Part shown: piece by piece, positions 55,363 through 64,000 of the stretch
How the letters are laid out: each line of letters begins with the position of its first letter
Position numbering within the stretch: position 1 is the stretch's first letter
NCBI GenBank assembly: GCA_045629225.1
Contig: JAZQQU010000016.1
Location: 1,447 to 65,446, forward strand
DNA length: 64,000 bases
Reading direction: 5' to 3'
DNA from: Bacteroidales bacterium
GTDB lineage: Bacteria > Bacteroidota > Bacteroidia > Bacteroidales > UBA3663
Made by a program: the position numbers and the translations under genes
Notes under the pieces: model-generated
The model's database searches: none
The model's input: only the letters and a program-made list of their open reading frames with translations
What the model was told of the DNA's origin: nothing

Positions 55363-58300
55363 ATGAAGCGACGCGTCATCGGGACGTTCGTCGTTGCGCT
55401 GCTGTTGCTGGTGATGATGCCTCTGTCGCTCTACATCCCGCAGGTACAGGACTTCGTGAGTCACCGGGTGGTAGAGTGGATGAATGTAAAGTCTGACGAC
55501 TACACGTTCGGTCTGGAATCAGTCCGCATAGACTTCCCATTGCGTCTGCGTGTGAATGGTGTGGACGTGGTTCGGCGAGATCAGGGCGATACAATATTGC
55601 ATGTGGGCAGCTTGCGCACCGGGCTCGATGACTTGCCTCTTCATCAGCCCTACTTCGTGATGAACCGCCTTCTTGTTCAGGACGTACGTGTCGCCATGGA
55701 TTCACTCACTCAGTCGTTGGGCTTGATGGGCCGGCTGCAGGAACTGGAGGCAAAGGGTATAGAACTCGATCCTTCCAATGCCCAGTTGCGTCTGGCTGAT
55801 GTAGTGGTCTTTGGGCCCGACCTGCGTCTCTGTTTAGGGCCCTCGCAGCCTGAAGAGGAGGATGAGGAGAGTTCCCCTTGGTTTGTGGCTGTGGAGCACG
55901 CTGTCGTACGAGAAGGACACATTTGTTTGGATATGAGCGATGTGAGTCTGAACTATGCCTGCGACAGCGTCCCCTCGCCGACCCGCTACTTCGACTATCA
56001 GCACCTTGACCTGACTGGCTTGAAGGCAACGATGGCTGATGTGCGATACGATGACAACTTTATCCGTGTCAACCTGATGGAACTGGCAGCCCGTGACGAG
56101 CGTTCTGGCCTGGAACTGCAGCATCTTGCCGCACGTTTTGTGATGGAGGAGCAACTGATTGCGGTAAATGCCCTCGACCTCCGTCTGGCAGGCGATGCCC
56201 AGTTGCGGGGCGATGCCCTCCTGGACATGGGCATGCTTGACAGTATCCGCACCGGACAGGCAGAGTTTCATTTGCAGGCCGAACTCGACACTGCCAACCT
56301 CATCCGTCTGGCTGCTCCCTATCTGCCTCGTCTGGTTGGACAGCGGTTGGAGGCCTCTACAGAGCTGCGCCTTGATGCACGCTTGACACCCGATACCCTC
56401 GACCTGCGCAATCTGACCCTGAACCTGCCTGGCTACACATTGCTCAAGGCAGAGGCTTTTGCCGAAGCGCCTTTCGATGCTGCTCAACGCTCACTGGCAG
56501 CGACCTTGCAGGCCGACATGGAGCATTCCGATATCCTGCTATCTTCTCTGCTGACCCCGGGCATACAAAGAGGCTACCGACTGCCAGACTCCTTGCAGCT
56601 CAGTGTAGAGGCCACCCAGCATGGTCCGCTCCTGACAGCCCGAGGCAATGTGCGTCAGCATCAGCAGGAGGTGATGACTGCCGAGGCTCGTTTTGACCAA
56701 AAGACCGACAGTTACCACCTCTCGGCTGCAGCCCGACATCTGGCTGTTTCCGCCTTCCTGCCCCAGGTGGCAGTCGATTCCTTGACTATGCATCTCCAGG
56801 CCGACGGTCGCCACTTCATTTTCCCTGACAAGTGGACAAGGCTGGAGGCCACGATGCAGGTTGATTCGCTGTCCTATCGTCTGGCGGACGGCCAACGAGA
56901 ACAGCTGCAGGGCATCTCGGCGCAGGTCTCGCTGCTTGGAGGTAGCTATGTGGCCGAGGTGCGTTCAGAGCATCCCACCACACAGTTCCATACCTATCTG
57001 GAGGGCCTCTATCTGAAGGACACACTCACCGCACAAGGTCGTCTGGATGTACCGTTGCTCGACCTGGCTCATTTGCCAGGCGGCCTGTCGCAACCCGACT
57101 TGGGCCGGTTGGGCTTCTGCAGCCAGTTGGCCTTGGCCTACAACTGGGGTGATGTGGCCGAAGGTGGTATGCGCATCGACTCGCTGACTTACGAGGACGA
57201 CAACATGACGCAATGTTTCGACCACATCCTGATGACCTTGGAGTCGCGTCCTGGTATGCTCTATGCCGACGTGACGGGTGGCGACGCTACCCTGTGTCTC
57301 AACACCGAGCGAGGCATCAGCGAATTTCCTCAGATGGTGACCACACTCACAACTGAACTGAATCGACAGCTCGACTCGCTGCATCTGGACTTCAGCGCCA
57401 TGCAGCACGCCCTGCCTCAGGGACAGATGGACTTCCACATCGGACAGGACAACCCGTTCTACCCCGCCATAAACCACTTCGGCTTTCAGTTCCACAGCAT
57501 CGATATGGCTGTCTACAACCTCTTCAACCTCAATCTGGATGCCTGCATCGTGGGTTTGAGGAACGAAGATCGCACCATCGATTTCGACTCTATCATCGCA
57601 GAGATCCGTCCCTGCCAGTACCGGCATAAGGGTGCCACGCTGTCCGATAGCCAGGGTTATCGCCTCAATGCTCATGCACTGCATATCGACCCCAAGGCCC
57701 ACGACACCTACGACATCCATGCTAACGGTCTGTTGATGCCTGATAGTGTGATGATGGACGTGCGCTACGTGGATGGCAATTACGTGACCCTCTACGATGT
57801 CTCAGCCTCGCTGGCCATAGGCAATGACACGCTGACGCTCCGTCTGGAGCGCGATCCTGTGCTTTTTGCACAGCCTTTCATGGTGAATCCTGACAACTAC
57901 ATCAGCCTGATGGAGTACCGTAATGCACGTGAGCACCAACGCACCCATACTTCGGCCAAGGTGATGATGAAAGGCCCTCGTGGCATGGCTCTTGACATCT
58001 ATACACGTAAGGCCAGAAACCGAGATATCGGCAATCAGATGCTCGTCAGGTTGCAGAACCTCGATCTGGACTTTGCTTCAAAGACTGTGATGTGGGATGG
58101 CGACGTGCATGGCCGGCTTGACTTCACTGCCATGGCCGATTTCTATCCTGACAGTCTTGGCGGACAGCTGCGTGCAGGCATCAAGACCTTCAGATTAGGC
58201 GATTATGAGGTTGATACACTGTCGTTCGACGGCCGACTGACTCTGGCACCAGACCAGCGCGACATCGCTGGCACACTCACCATTGACAGCATCGTAAAGC

Positions 58301-60000
58301 TGCAACTGGATGCTGCTCTGGCCGACACCGTCCATTTGCGTGCAGGCATCAACGACCTGCCTCTGCCATTGGCCAACCTCTATATGCCCTCAGATATCCG
58401 ACTGGCTGGAACCACCTCTGGCGAACTCATCCTCCAGGGCAAAAGCTTCGATCAGGCGCGCATCGACGCTGCCCTCTGCATGAACGAGGCACGTGTGTGC
58501 ATTAACGACTTGGATGGTTCGTTGACCTTGCCCTCCGACACCCTGCGCATCCGCAACAACCGCATGACCATACAGAACTACAAGATAGGTGGTGTGAATA
58601 GTCAGCCCATTACGTTGCGAGGCTCTCTGGACATGCGTCAGGACCTCACTAATCCTGTAGTAGATCTGCGTATCAGTGGCGAGAACGTGTGGCTGGCTGA
58701 CAATAGTCGTCTGCGTCTGCCCGACCAGTACATCAGTGGCCGTCTGCCCATTACGACCGACATTCGTGTGAAGGGAACCCCTCAGGATCTCAATGTGTCT
58801 GGCAGGCTGCAGGTGCTCTCGGGTACAGATCTCAAATATTATCTGAAGGAAGACCCCTTACAGGCTACAAGTCGTGTAGATCAGCTTGTGGAGTTCGTCA
58901 GCTTCCGTCAGATGGATCGTGAACTGGCCCATTCGGCACTGCGTCCCTTGGTCGATGGCGTTTCGGCTGCCGAGGGCGTGTCGGTGGAGTTACAGCTCGA
59001 CATTGCTCGCGACGTGAAGGTCGATGCCTTCCTGCCAGGCGAGGACAATAACCATGTGGCTATCGTGGGTGGCGGTCCACTGGTGATGCAGTGCGCACCC
59101 AATGGCTCGCTTGCGATGAGTGGCGTGTATGATGTGACGAGTGGCACGGTCGATTATAAACTGCCCATTCTGCCCATGACCAAAAGGTTCAACATCCTGA
59201 ACAGTAGCCTTGTCAGCTGGAATGGCACGGATCCGGGTAGTCCCTCCATCAACATACAGGCCAGCGAGAACGTTCGCACTACAGTAAGTACTGACGAGGG
59301 CTCGCGTCTGGTGCAGTTCTTGGTCACCATCAGCATCACTGGCACACTCGACGCCCTCGATATGGCCTTCACCTGCTCTGCTCCTGACGATGGCTCGATC
59401 AATTCTGAAATTGAAGCCATGACCGACGAGGAGCGCAGCAAGACCGCTCTTATGCTGCTTGTAGCGCAGACCTATATGGGGGGTAGCAACCGTGGCAACG
59501 TGGGTATGGGCACAGCCAACGCAGCCCTCAATTCGGTGCTCAACCGCCAGATGGGCCAGATGCTTGGCTCTGCGCTGAAGAACACCGACGTGGATCTGGG
59601 CATCGACACCTACAGCACCGAGGCAGGCGCTGCCCGTACCGACTATTCAATCAAAGTGTCGCAACGTCTGTTTAACGACCGCATCCGTGCCACCATCGGA
59701 GGTCGTGTGTCGAGTGGTGGTGACCCCTCGATGGGCAATGGAGCCCGCCTGGGCGACATGTCGCTCGAATGGCTCATCAAGAAGGATGGTACTCACTACC
59801 TGAAACTCTATCGTCGCTACAACTACCAGTCTGTGCTCGAAGGCGAAGTGCTCGAGACCGGTGTGGCCTATGCCCAGGAGCGTACTGCCTATAAGTTCAA
59901 ACATCTTCTCATCCCTACCAGCCGTTCGCGTCAGGCGCGCATCATGCAGGCCATCCGCGAGAGGCAGCAGGCTGAGGAGACCGAAATATTCGATCCATGA
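55363..60000 (+). CDS. tamB: Translocation and assembly module protein TamB (DUF490)
   Basis: N-terminal anchor MKRRVIGTFVVALLLLVMMPL, a very long beta-rich body, and a DUF490-like C-terminus. The track ORF starts 78 nt earlier. Confidence 0.85.
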   Translation: MKRRVIGTFVVALLLLVMMPLSLYIPQVQDFVSHRVVEWMNVKSDDYTFGLESVRIDFPLRLRVNGVDVVRRDQGDTILHVGSLRTGLDDLPLHQPYFVMNRLLVQDVRVAMDSLTQSLGLMGRLQELEAKGIELDPSNAQLRLADVVVFGPDLRLCLGPSQPEEEDEESSPWFVAVEHAVVREGHICLDMSDVSLNYACDSVPSPTRYFDYQHLDLTGLKATMADVRYDDNFIRVNLMELAARDERSGLELQHLAARFVMEEQLIAVNALDLRLAGDAQLRGDALLDMGMLDSIRTGQAEFHLQAELDTANLIRLAAPYLPRLVGQRLEASTELRLDARLTPDTLDLRNLTLNLPGYTLLKAEAFAEAPFDAAQRSLAATLQADMEHSDILLSSLLTPGIQRGYRLPDSLQLSVEATQHGPLLTARGNVRQHQQEVMTAEARFDQKTDSYHLSAAARHLAVSAFLPQVAVDSLTMHLQADGRHFIFPDKWTRLEATMQVDSLSYRLADGQREQLQGISAQVSLLGGSYVAEVRSEHPTTQFHTYLEGLYLKDTLTAQGRLDVPLLDLAHLPGGLSQPDLGRLGFCSQLALAYNWGDVAEGGMRIDSLTYEDDNMTQCFDHILMTLESRPGMLYADVTGGDATLCLNTERGISEFPQMVTTLTTELNRQLDSLHLDFSAMQHALPQGQMDFHIGQDNPFYPAINHFGFQFHSIDMAVYNLFNLNLDACIVGLRNEDRTIDFDSIIAEIRPCQYRHKGATLSDSQGYRLNAHALHIDPKAHDTYDIHANGLLMPDSVMMDVRYVDGNYVTLYDVSASLAIGNDTLTLRLERDPVLFAQPFMVNPDNYISLMEYRNAREHQRTHTSAKVMMKGPRGMALDIYTRKARNRDIGNQMLVRLQNLDLDFASKTVMWDGDVHGRLDFTAMADFYPDSLGGQLRAGIKTFRLGDYEVDTLSFDGRLTLAPDQRDIAGTLTIDSIVKLQLDAALADTVHLRAGINDLPLPLANLYMPSDIRLAGTTSGELILQGKSFDQARIDAALCMNEARVCINDLDGSLTLPSDTLRIRNNRMTIQNYKIGGVNSQPITLRGSLDMRQDLTNPVVDLRISGENVWLADNSRLRLPDQYISGRLPITTDIRVKGTPQDLNVSGRLQVLSGTDLKYYLKEDPLQATSRVDQLVEFVSFRQMDRELAHSALRPLVDGVSAAEGVSVELQLDIARDVKVDAFLPGEDNNHVAIVGGGPLVMQCAPNGSLAMSGVYDVTSGTVDYKLPILPMTKRFNILNSSLVSWNGTDPGSPSINIQASENVRTTVSTDEGSRLVQFLVTISITGTLDALDMAFTCSAPDDGSINSEIEAMTDEERSKTALMLLVAQTYMGGSNRGNVGMGTANAALNSVLNRQMGQMLGSALKNTDVDLGIDTYSTEAGAARTDYSIKVSQRLFNDRIRATIGGRVSSGGDPSMGNGARLGDMSLEWLIKKDGTHYLKLYRRYNYQSVLEGEVLETGVAYAQERTAYKFKHLLIPTSRSRQARIMQAIRERQQAEETEIFDP

Positions 60001-62297
60001 GAAGAATGACCTACCTATTGATGCTGTCGCTGCTCGTGCTGACGGGCTGCTCGGTGACTGCGCACCTGCCGGAGCATGAATTGCTCTATATGGGTGTGGA
60101 TCGCATCGGGCGTCATGCGTCGGACACCGTCGATGCTCTCGTCGATGAGGCTATGGCTGTCACCCTCGAGGTGCCGCCTGCCAACTCCCTGCTCGGGTCG
60201 GCCTACACCATGTCGCCTCTGCCCGTCGGCCTCTGGGCCTACAATGCCTTCTACACCGATGCTGGCCATGGCTTGCGTCACTGGCTGTGGAACACGCTCA
60301 AGTCCGAACCCAAGCTGCTGAGTCAGGTCAATCCTCGTCTGCGTGCTCAGGCAGCTGAGGCCATTCTCAAGGACGAGGGCTACTTCGATGCTGAGGTGAC
60401 CTACGACACAATATTTAATAAGAAAGATAGTTTGAAGGCACGTTTGGCCTATGATGTGACCTTCCATCACCAGTCGCGTCTGGGCACCATCAGTCAGCTG
60501 CAGTCGGGCTCGGAGCGAGTGGACAGCATCATCAGCCGCACTTCGTCGCTGAGTCTCCTGCATCCGGGCGATCGCTTCTCGGCTTCTTTGCTCGAGCAGG
60601 AGAAGAACCGCATCTCGTCCACCTTGCGCGATTCGGGCTTTTTCTTCTTCTCGCCCGACTTTATCAAGTACCTTGGCGACAGCACGCTGGCTCGCAACAC
60701 CGTGTCGCTTCGTATGTCTGCTGACCTTCAGGGCGACATCAAGGCTCTGCGCCCTTGTGTCATCGACTCGGTGTTCTACCACCTCGACTATGGCTATGGC
60801 ATGAAGCTGCAGAATCTCGTGCAGCAGGGTTTCATGACCATAGGCTACAACGGACAGCAGACAGTCCGTACCAAGTACCTGCATCGTGCCTTGGGCTTTG
60901 AGCGTGGCGCACTCTACCAGCCCCAGCTCACCGAGCATGTCAAGTACAACCTCAACCGCCTCAACGCCTTCCAGTACACCACTACTGAGTTTCAGGTGCT
61001 CAATCCCGAGCTCGCTGATCCTAAGCTCGACCCAGCGCTCGACACCCTCCGCCTCCTGCTCAAGATACACGCTGTCAACAACATGCCATGGAGTGGTAGT
61101 ACCGAGATGGGTGTGGTTTATAAAGACAATCGTCAGGTAGGACCTGGCGTGACTTTCACAGCTCAGCGTCGCAACCTCTTCGGCGGTGGTGAACTCTTCA
61201 CGGGCGAAGCCACAGGTAGCTACGAGTGGAGCACTGGCGTGGGCAGTGAGTCAGGACGCCTGGTCAACAGTTTCGAGGTCGGCACCAAACTGACCTATGC
61301 CTTGCCCCGTCTGTTTTTCCAACGCTACAGCCTTTCAGTCGATTGGATGCGGCGTGGAGGATTGTTCGAGATGGTCAAGTCGTCAGCTTCGCTCGACTAT
61401 TCATTTAGCCGGGGGAACTGCCACAACTTCACGTTCACCCCCCTTCGGCTCACATACGTCCGAACGCTTTATCAGACAGCTCGTTTCGACTCCATTGTCG
61501 CAGACTATCCCGCCTTGCAGCGTTCGCTTGAGAACCAGTTCATTCCGCAGGTGCAGTTCAGCTGGACATACGACGATTCCGATCGCCCCACCACCCAGGC
61601 TTCACACCGGTATCTTCGCCTCTCATTGTCCGAGGCAGGTGGGATCATCGACCTGTTGGCCGGCCGGTGGGGCAAACATCGTCGTCAGGGCGAGCGTCAG
61701 CTGTGGGGGCAGCGCTTCTCGCAGTTTGTCAAAGCCACAGCCGAGTATTGCCACACCCTGATGCTCACCCCCAGGTCTTCGGTCGTCAGTCGTGTGCTGG
61801 CAGGCGTGGGCTATGCTTACGGCAACTCTAAGACCATGCCCTACTCCGAGCAGTTCTACATCGGTGGACCCAACTCGTTGCGAGGCTTCTCGGTGCGATC
61901 GGTGGGCCCGGGCACGTTCCGGATTCCAGCCCATGCTTCGGGCAGCATGACCAACAATCGTCTCAACAGCGTGGGCGACTATAAGCTCGAAGCTAACTTT
62001 GAGTATCGTTTCCCCATCTCAGGCAGTCTGAATGGTGCCTTGTTCGCTGATGCAGGCAATATTTGGAAGTTTGCGAACAACTACGCACAACCCGCCGAGA
62101 GTATGCAGGACAACATCTTCTCCGAACTGGCAGTCGATGCAGGCGCAGGCCTGCGTTTCGACCTCGGAATGCTCGTGGTACGCTTTGATGTAGGCGTGCC
62201 GTTGCATGACCCCAATAGCGACGGCTCATACTTCAACTGCCGTGAGGCCTTCTTCCGTCATCTCGGCTATAACCTTGCTGTCGGTTACCCCTTCTGA
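59997..62297 (+). CDS. BamA/TamA (Omp85) family outer-membrane protein
   Basis: 4-bp overlap with tamB. The C-terminal surface-antigen barrel has FYIGGPNSLRGF and ends ...NLAVGYPF. Confidence 0.85.
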   Translation: MRRMTYLLMLSLLVLTGCSVTAHLPEHELLYMGVDRIGRHASDTVDALVDEAMAVTLEVPPANSLLGSAYTMSPLPVGLWAYNAFYTDAGHGLRHWLWNTLKSEPKLLSQVNPRLRAQAAEAILKDEGYFDAEVTYDTIFNKKDSLKARLAYDVTFHHQSRLGTISQLQSGSERVDSIISRTSSLSLLHPGDRFSASLLEQEKNRISSTLRDSGFFFFSPDFIKYLGDSTLARNTVSLRMSADLQGDIKALRPCVIDSVFYHLDYGYGMKLQNLVQQGFMTIGYNGQQTVRTKYLHRALGFERGALYQPQLTEHVKYNLNRLNAFQYTTTEFQVLNPELADPKLDPALDTLRLLLKIHAVNNMPWSGSTEMGVVYKDNRQVGPGVTFTAQRRNLFGGGELFTGEATGSYEWSTGVGSESGRLVNSFEVGTKLTYALPRLFFQRYSLSVDWMRRGGLFEMVKSSASLDYSFSRGNCHNFTFTPLRLTYVRTLYQTARFDSIVADYPALQRSLENQFIPQVQFSWTYDDSDRPTTQASHRYLRLSLSEAGGIIDLLAGRWGKHRRQGERQLWGQRFSQFVKATAEYCHTLMLTPRSSVVSRVLAGVGYAYGNSKTMPYSEQFYIGGPNSLRGFSVRSVGPGTFRIPAHASGSMTNNRLNSVGDYKLEANFEYRFPISGSLNGALFADAGNIWKFANNYAQPAESMQDNIFSELAVDAGAGLRFDLGMLVVRFDVGVPLHDPNSDGSYFNCREAFFRHLGYNLAVGYPF

Positions 62298-62396
62298 CGC
62301 CCTATTATGAATCATGAATTCTCAATTATGAATTGTGACGTAGATTTGGCAAAAGATAGAAAAAAACAACGTGTTTCGCATTTTATTGCACACATA

Positions 62397-62428
62397 TTTG
62401 TATAGCCCCTCCTTTTTTATTATCTTTG
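62397..62428 (+). promoter_or_regulatory. Promoter of the NifU-like/GGGtGRT cluster
   Basis: TTTG at 62397-62400 and TATCTTTG at 62421-62428, with a 20-nt spacer. Confidence 0.6.
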
Positions 62429-62497
62429 CACCGATTTAGATAGTTTAACTTTGAACTAGTACTAACTTTCAGTTTCAACTTAATAAAAACAATTCTT

Positions 62498-63190
62498 ATG
62501 GTTTATTCAAAGGAAGTTCAAGAAATGTGCTGCGTCGCCAAGGGCGCAAATCATGAGAATGCACCTATCCCTGAAGAGGGCAAGTGGATTCACGCTAAGG
62601 AAATCAAGGACATTTCTGGTTTCACCCACGGTATTGGCTGGTGTGCTCCGCAGCAGGGTACCTGTAAGCTCAGCCTCAATGTTAAGGACGGCGTTATCGA
62701 GGAGGCTCTCGTCGAGACCGTTGGCTGCTCTGGTATGACTCACTCTGCTGCTATGGCTTCTGAGATTCTCCCAGGCAAGACCATCCTCGAGGCTCTCAAC
62801 ACCGACCTCGTTTGCGATGCCATCAACACCGCCATGCGCGAGCTTTTCCTCCAGATTGTTTACGGTCGCACCCAGTCTGCCTTCTCTGAGGGCGGTCTTG
62901 TTGTGGGCGCTGGCCTCGAGGATCTCGGCAAGGGTCTCGTTTGGCAGGTTGGTACCATGTACGGCACCAAGCTCAAGGGCTCACGTTACCTCCAGATGAC
63001 CGAGGGCTACTGCACCCGCATGGCACTCGACGCTAACAACGAGGTGATCGGCTACGAGTTCGTACACATGGGCAAGCTCATGCAGTGGATCAAGGAGGGT
63101 ATGGATGCTAACGAGGCCGTTAAGAAGGCTACTGGCTGCTATGGCCGCTTCAAGGACGCTGTCAAGTACATCGACCCACGCAAAGAGTGA
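62498..63190 (+). CDS. NifU N-terminal (IscU)-like domain protein
   Basis: GWCAPQQGTCKLSLNVKDGVIEEALVETVGCSGMTHSAAMASE parallels IscU's CGD...L.v.....I.da.f.t.GCg.aiASsS. Confidence 0.55.
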   Translation: MVYSKEVQEMCCVAKGANHENAPIPEEGKWIHAKEIKDISGFTHGIGWCAPQQGTCKLSLNVKDGVIEEALVETVGCSGMTHSAAMASEILPGKTILEALNTDLVCDAINTAMRELFLQIVYGRTQSAFSEGGLVVGAGLEDLGKGLVWQVGTMYGTKLKGSRYLQMTEGYCTRMALDANNEVIGYEFVHMGKLMQWIKEGMDANEAVKKATGCYGRFKDAVKYIDPRKE

Positions 63191-63248
63191 TACTACGAAA
63201 TTAAAAATTAATAATTAAAAATTAAAAATTATTAGTTTCCAGCTTTCT

Positions 63249-63467
63249 ATGCTCGATAAATTCATCCGCATATACACAATAGTGGTCACTATTCTGATTC
63301 TTGCTGCTTTGGTGGGAGCGGGATACTGCTTCTTCGGCATGGACTATCCTGTAGCTGCTGTTGGATGCTTGTTCTTGTCAGTCATATTTGCTCTAATGCT
63401 ATTTGTGACCCGTACATTCGTCCGACGCAATCAGCCTAAGCCCAAAAAGAAAGGTGCACGCTGGTGA
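63249..63467 (+). CDS. Small two-TM membrane protein, 72 aa
   Basis: Two hydrophobic helices and a basic tail RRNQPKPKKKGARW, between two conserved genes. Confidence 0.45.
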   Translation: MLDKFIRIYTIVVTILILAALVGAGYCFFGMDYPVAAVGCLFLSVIFALMLFVTRTFVRRNQPKPKKKGARW

Positions 63468-63509
63468 ACTCTTAACTTTTAACTTTTAACTTTTAACTTA
63501 TAAAATACT

Positions 63510-64000
63510 ATGGCATTATTTGAAAGTTATGATCGCCGTATCGCTCAGGTCAACGCTGCTCTGAACGCTGCTGGCATCAAGGATATCGACGAGGCTAAGG
63601 CTATCTGTGACGCTGCAGGCATCGATCCATATGCAATGTGTGAGTCAACCCAGCCTATCTGCTTCGAGAATGCAAAGTGGGCATACGTAGTAGGTGCTGC
63701 TATCGCTATCAAGAAGGACTGCAAGGTGGCAGCTGATGCTGCTGAGGCTATCGGTCTTGGCCTGCAGGCATTCTGCATCCCTGGTTCTGTAGCAGATCAC
63801 CGTAAGGTAGGTCTTGGCCATGGTAACCTTGGTAAGATGCTCCTCGAGGAAGAGACAGAATGCTTCTGCTTCCTTGCAGGTCATGAATCATTCGCTGCCG
63901 CTGAAGGCGCTATCGGTATCGCAACAAAGGCTAACAAGGTTCGCCAGAAGCCTCTCCGCGTTATCCTTAACGGTCTCGGCAAGGACGCAGCTCAGATTAT
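63510..64000 (+). CDS. GGGtGRT-family protein, N-terminal part (runs off the window)
   Basis: Open frame from ATG at 63510 to the window end. MALFESYDRRIAQVN...PICFENAKWAYVVGAAIAIKK...FLAGHESFAAAEGAIGIA...RVILNGLGKDAAQI matches my memory of the PF14057 family. Confidence 0.65.
   Translation, partial: MALFESYDRRIAQVNAALNAAGIKDIDEAKAICDAAGIDPYAMCESTQPICFENAKWAYVVGAAIAIKKDCKVAADAAEAIGLGLQAFCIPGSVADHRKVGLGHGNLGKMLLEEETECFCFLAGHESFAAAEGAIGIATKANKVRQKPLRVILNGLGKDAAQI

Overview
This is a chromosomal window from a Bacteroidota genome, most likely Bacteroidales and Prevotella-like. The assignment rests on TTTG/TAnnTTTG promoters, absent Shine-Dalgarno sites, a type III glutamine synthetase, T9SS-like C-terminal tails, a TamB/Omp85 pair and an Oad Na+ pump. 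I call about 42 protein genes and one tRNA-Gln; I see no rRNA, CRISPR array, transposase or integrase.

Gene content in order:
- Tail of a Na/Pi symporter, then tRNA-Gln.
- A more AT-rich five-gene operon: micro-ORF, GLUG-repeat surface protein, GLUG+LRR surface protein, secreted lipase-like hydrolase, micro-ORF.
- GH31, GH43-CBM6, and an unknown secreted protein coupled to an aminotransferase.
- OM beta-barrel, BASS and MATE transporters.
- An operon of S24/S26 peptidase, PqqD, HprK-like kinase and ABC exporter.
- LOG-family protein and an esterase.
- pyrG and purF, then a nitrogen block (amt, P-II, TorF-like porin, GSIII).
- Methyltransferase, M20 peptidase and prfB.
- An orphan Wza/Wzz pair.
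- oadGAB.
- GH3/beta-lactamase fusion and a 5'-nucleotidase.
- PD-(D/E)XK nuclease/SF1 helicase.
- tamB and an Omp85-family gene.
- NifU-like gene, a tiny membrane protein, and a GGGtGRT-family gene.

Most noteworthy observations:
1. The PqqD / HprK-like kinase / serine peptidase / ABC operon has no precursor, cyclase or radical-SAM gene nearby.
2. Degenerate 7-9 bp tandem 'word' arrays fill many intergenic spacers. They also appear as in-frame insertions inside conserved genes (pyrG, purF, the helicase, an OMP signal peptide).
3. There are two unrelated tandem arrays of 41-42 bp hairpin units.
4. Two paralogous acidic micro-ORFs bracket the surface-protein operon.
5. The spacer between the P-II gene and amt carries box/anti-box complementarity.

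All family assignments come from motif recognition by eye. No database search was run.
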